A DNA stretch of 64,000 bases from assembly GCA_937944365.1 (NCBI GenBank), contig CALDET010000059.1, positions 6,555 through 70,554 on the forward strand, written 5' to 3'. The translations under genes and the position numbers were made by a program. Shown piece after piece: positions 60,609 through 64,000 of the stretch; within the stretch, counting starts at the first letter, position 1; every line of letters begins with the position of its first letter. This DNA comes from an uncultured Bacteroidales bacterium. GTDB lineage: Bacteria; Bacteroidota; Bacteroidia; Bacteroidales; Bacteroidaceae. The notes beneath the pieces are model-generated. The model was not told the origin of the DNA and made no database searches. It saw nothing but the letters and a program-made list of their open reading frames with translations.

Positions 60609-61819
60609 CCATTATTTTAGTGGTGTTGTCGCATTCGGGAGCTCCGGGCTGGGTAAATGATTTCATCTTCCAGTTCCATGTTCCTGTTTTCTTTATATGT
60701 GCGGGATATTTCTTCCATACAAGATATTTGAACGACGAGAAGACTTATGTCCTGCATCGCGTGGAAGGTCTGTATTTTCCGTTTCTGCGCTGGAGCATCA
60801 TCTTCCTTGTCCTTCATAACCTGTTCTTTCCGCTGGGAATATTGAGTGAACAGTACGGGAATGCTGCGGGCGGTGTGTTGCATCCTTACACCTGGCAGGT
60901 CTTCAATCAACGTCTGTGGAGCATTGTCTTCAACATGTCCGGTTATGACGAGTTCATCGGAGGCACTTTCTGGTTCTTCCGGGCGCTTCTGTTGTCAAGT
61001 GTTGCATTTTTGTTGCTGTTCAAGGTCTTGCGGAAATATCGTCCGGACAATTCCGATGCACAGGTTGCATGGACGATAATCGGCATAGCATTGGGAATGG
61101 CGCTTTGGAAAGTAACCTGCAACCTGAAGATAACCGGCGTAGCCCAAGGGGGATACCGCGAAATCATGGGTGTGTTTTTTATGGCTGCCGGTTTCCTGTT
61201 CCGGCAATACCGGGAACGGATTCCTATGAATATCTGGCTGGCGACGGCCTGCCTGGCAGTGACGGTTATCGGGGCGTGTTATTTTCCCTCAAGCATGACC
61301 TGGTCCGCAAACTTTAAGCAGTTCGTTTCCTTGCTGCTGCCTTCGTTGGCCGGTTTCGGAGTATTGTATTACCTTTCCTGCAAGCTGGACACCGGAGTTC
61401 GTTTCCTGAAAGCCGGGTTGGTATACATAGGAGACAGGACTCTTTATATCTTCGCTTTTCATCTGCTTGCTTTCAAGGTGGTCAGTGCTATGAAGGTAGG
61501 CTATTACGGACTTCCTTGGCAGGAGGTGGGAGGACATCCCGTCGTGAACGCTCATGCCGATGACTGGTTCTTCCTGTTATATCTGTTGGCGGGCGTTGGT
61601 CTGCCATTGTTGTGGCTGTTGGTTTACAGACATCTGGCCAAACGCATAGATTTCTCCCTGAAGAGCAGGGCTTTGTGGCTGCTGAATGTGCTGTTCCTCT
61701 TGATGCGTTTCATCTTTCTCGGTTTGAAGACGGTAATAAAGGCCCTGTGGAATACCTTGCTGGGCATAATAACAGGCATAAAAGACATCATCAATGCGTC
61801 AAACCCCAATGATGAATAG
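60572..61819 (+). CDS. Acyltransferase family 3 (membrane O-acyltransferase)
   Basis: K..AIILVVLSH, FHVPVFFI.AGY, WFF, G..TL.I...H; multiple TM helices. Confidence 0.85.
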   Translation: MRDTSFSICKALAIILVVLSHSGAPGWVNDFIFQFHVPVFFICAGYFFHTRYLNDEKTYVLHRVEGLYFPFLRWSIIFLVLHNLFFPLGILSEQYGNAAGGVLHPYTWQVFNQRLWSIVFNMSGYDEFIGGTFWFFRALLLSSVAFLLLFKVLRKYRPDNSDAQVAWTIIGIALGMALWKVTCNLKITGVAQGGYREIMGVFFMAAGFLFRQYRERIPMNIWLATACLAVTVIGACYFPSSMTWSANFKQFVSLLLPSLAGFGVLYYLSCKLDTGVRFLKAGLVYIGDRTLYIFAFHLLAFKVVSAMKVGYYGLPWQEVGGHPVVNAHADDWFFLLYLLAGVGLPLLWLLVYRHLAKRIDFSLKSRALWLLNVLFLLMRFIFLGLKTVIKALWNTLLGIITGIKDIINASNPNDE

Positions 61820-61855
61820 TCATTGCAGGGCTACGCATATATAATATTATATACT

Positions 61856-64000
61856 ATGAAGAAGAATGTTGATATATTCATGGCTTGCACGGGAAGCGAG
61901 ATCATGAAGTCCACAATAAACGAACTGGCATCAGAACAAGTAGTCGAGAGCCTGTATCTATTGACAAGTGATTCGGGGGTATTGGATACGATATGTTCGG
62001 ACAAATGCAAACTGCTCCCGACGGAGACGCTCACGGCCACCAAGTTGTTGCGTAGCATATCCCGGAAAAGTACGGCACGCTATGTGGTACTCTTTTTAAG
62101 GCCTGTGACATTCCGGCTCGGTTATCGTTGTATCGAACGGATGATAGGCGTTGCGGAAGACACCCAGGCGTCGATGGTCTACGCAGACCGGTATGAAGAA
62201 AAAGCCGGAACCGTCATTCCGCATCCTACAATAGATTATCAGGCCGGGAGTGTCCGTGATGACTTTGACTTTGGGGGCTTGTGGCTTATCCGCACGGAGG
62301 CATTGAGGCAGTTCATCGACAATGAATGCTCGGCACGTTACCGTTATGCAGCTCCTTATGCCTTGCGCTTGTTCCTCAGCCGTCAGGGCAGGATTTTTCA
62401 CTTGAATGAATTTTTATATACAGAAGTGGAAGAGGACCTGCGTGACAGTGGAGAAAAACAGTTCGACTATGTGAACCCTGCCAACAGGGATGTCCAGATT
62501 GAGAATGAACGTGCTTGTACTGAGCATCTCAAACGTATCGGAGCATGGCTGGCGCCTCATGAAATCGATGACCTGCCGCATGAGACGGAAGAGTATCCCG
62601 TAGAGGCCTCTGTCATTATTCCGGTCCGCAACCGGATTCGTACGATACGCGATGCCATTGACAGCGTTCTTTCACAAGAGGCTTCGTTCGATTTTAATGT
62701 TATTGTCGTAGACAATCATTCGGACGACGGTACTGCAGAGGCCGTGAAGGAATACACCGACCCCCGTGTCATCCTTTTGCAGCCCGAGAGGACAGACTTG
62801 GGTATCGGCGGATGCTGGGATATGGCTGTGCGTGACGGGCGTTGTGGCCGTTTTGCCGTACAGCTTGACTCGGACGACCTTTATAGTGCGAACGATACGT
62901 TGGCACGTATTGTCGCGGCATTCGGGCGACAGAACGTGGCAATGGTCATCGGAGCTTACCGTATGGTGAATTTCAAGTTGGAGACATTGCCGCCGGGCCT
63001 TATAGACCATCGCGAATGGACAGCCGAGAATGGACGCAACAATGCTTTGCGCATCAACGGCCTGGGAGCGCCGCGGGCTTTCCGTACATCCTTGCTGAGG
63101 AAGATAGGTTTCCCGAACACGTCGTATGGAGAAGATTATGCGTTGGGCCTGGCTTTTTCGCGCCATTACCGCATCGGACGGATTTATGAGGAATTATACC
63201 TTTGCAGACGTTGGGACGGTAACTCCGATGCCGCACTCCCGGTGGAAAAGATAAACCGAAACAATTTGTATAAGGACCGTTTGCGCACGTTGGAGATACA
63301 GGCGCGACAGGAAATGTTGCGCAGGTGGAACCATGAGCCGGCTCAGGAAGAAGTTTTTGACTTCTTTGACAAACAGATGAGGTTGTGGGAGGAGGCTCGC
63401 TTGAGATTCGAGGATTTGGAAGAGGGTATACAGGTGCGCAGCCTGCCTTTGAACGATTACGAACTGGCGGCGCAGTTCAATCCAAGGCGAATTGTCTCGA
63501 CTGCCGCGAAGTTAGATAAAAAGAACTTGAAGAAACGTCCTTGTTTCCTGTGTGACCGTAATCGGCCCGGGGAGCAGATTGATTTTCCCGTTGAGGGAGA
63601 TTATCATTTGCTGGTGAATCCTTATCCCATATTGCCCTATCATCTGACCATTCCTACTCGTCGCCATCAGCCTCAATCGCTTTCAGCGCTATTGAGAGCC
63701 TTGAACCGTCTGGCATGGCGGCTTCCCGATTTCCTGCTATTTTATAACGGCGCGCGTTGTGGAGCTTCCGCACCCGATCATGCCCATTTGCAGGCCGGTG
63801 CGAGGGGGATAGTGCCTCTGGAGAGGGATTGGAAATTCTTTGAAAGCCGTCTGGAGAAAATTTATCCGAAAACAACAACTGCCGAGTCCGAATTATTGGA
63901 AAAAGGATATACGAGCATGAGTACCGGACTGTATAGATTGCATGGCTATGCCTGTCCGGCCTTTGTGCTTTTGGGCGGGCAAGCCGACGGAGATTATTAT
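61856..64000 (+). CDS. GT2 glycosyltransferase fused to DUF4922 (HIT-like nucleotidyltransferase/phosphorylase) domain; runs off window end and is absent from the ORF track
   Basis: ATG 61856 (MKKNVDIF); in-frame SVIIPVRNR (62609), VVDNHSDDGT, QLDSDDLY, AQFNPRRIVST, RPCFLC, NPYPI, GASAPDHAHLQAG (63761). Confidence 0.87.
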   Translation, partial: MKKNVDIFMACTGSEIMKSTINELASEQVVESLYLLTSDSGVLDTICSDKCKLLPTETLTATKLLRSISRKSTARYVVLFLRPVTFRLGYRCIERMIGVAEDTQASMVYADRYEEKAGTVIPHPTIDYQAGSVRDDFDFGGLWLIRTEALRQFIDNECSARYRYAAPYALRLFLSRQGRIFHLNEFLYTEVEEDLRDSGEKQFDYVNPANRDVQIENERACTEHLKRIGAWLAPHEIDDLPHETEEYPVEASVIIPVRNRIRTIRDAIDSVLSQEASFDFNVIVVDNHSDDGTAEAVKEYTDPRVILLQPERTDLGIGGCWDMAVRDGRCGRFAVQLDSDDLYSANDTLARIVAAFGRQNVAMVIGAYRMVNFKLETLPPGLIDHREWTAENGRNNALRINGLGAPRAFRTSLLRKIGFPNTSYGEDYALGLAFSRHYRIGRIYEELYLCRRWDGNSDAALPVEKINRNNLYKDRLRTLEIQARQEMLRRWNHEPAQEEVFDFFDKQMRLWEEARLRFEDLEEGIQVRSLPLNDYELAAQFNPRRIVSTAAKLDKKNLKKRPCFLCDRNRPGEQIDFPVEGDYHLLVNPYPILPYHLTIPTRRHQPQSLSALLRALNRLAWRLPDFLLFYNGARCGASAPDHAHLQAGARGIVPLERDWKFFESRLEKIYPKTTTAESELLEKGYTSMSTGLYRLHGYACPAFVLLGGQADGDYY

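Noticed and set aside
61830..61857. GCTACGCATAT-ATAATA-TTATATACTAT resembles a dif site
   Set aside because: The right arm lacks the conserved TGTTAA XerD core, and the sequence is the AT-rich translation-initiation region overlapping the next ATG

Overview
Chromosomal window from a Bacteroidales bacterium, probably Prevotellaceae-like. The basis is TAnnTTTG/TTTG promoters, AT-rich pre-start regions without Shine-Dalgarno sites, T9SS-type and PCMD proteins, and the ftsK-lolA-trxB and ruvX-def-TPR syntenies. It carries about 45 mostly housekeeping or envelope genes: kdsC, maf, a sulfatase, mazG, dnaG, def, ruvX, a P-type ATPase, nadC, aspS, ferritin, lptB, trxB, ftsK, ruvC, manC, mutY, kdsA, kdsD and cls. 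It also has a Wzx/Wzy polysaccharide locus and a GT2-DUF4922 gene that runs off the right end and is missing from the ORF track. I found no rRNA, tRNA, CRISPR array, transposase or integrase. The main unexplained signal is non-coding: four dispersed, diverged copies of a ~253-bp intergenic element (11443-11696 -, 28542-28794 +, 39383-39635 +, 56955-57186 -). Each copy has a consensus Bacteroidetes promoter firing into a short hairpin whose sequence varies while pairing is kept, an array of CTACA-N5-TGTAG palindromes and half-sites repeating every 21-22 bp, and an invariant 20-bp terminal box. Module spacing is fixed, and one copy is shorter by exactly one 21-bp unit. All alignments were done by eye, and whether the element is already described could not be checked.
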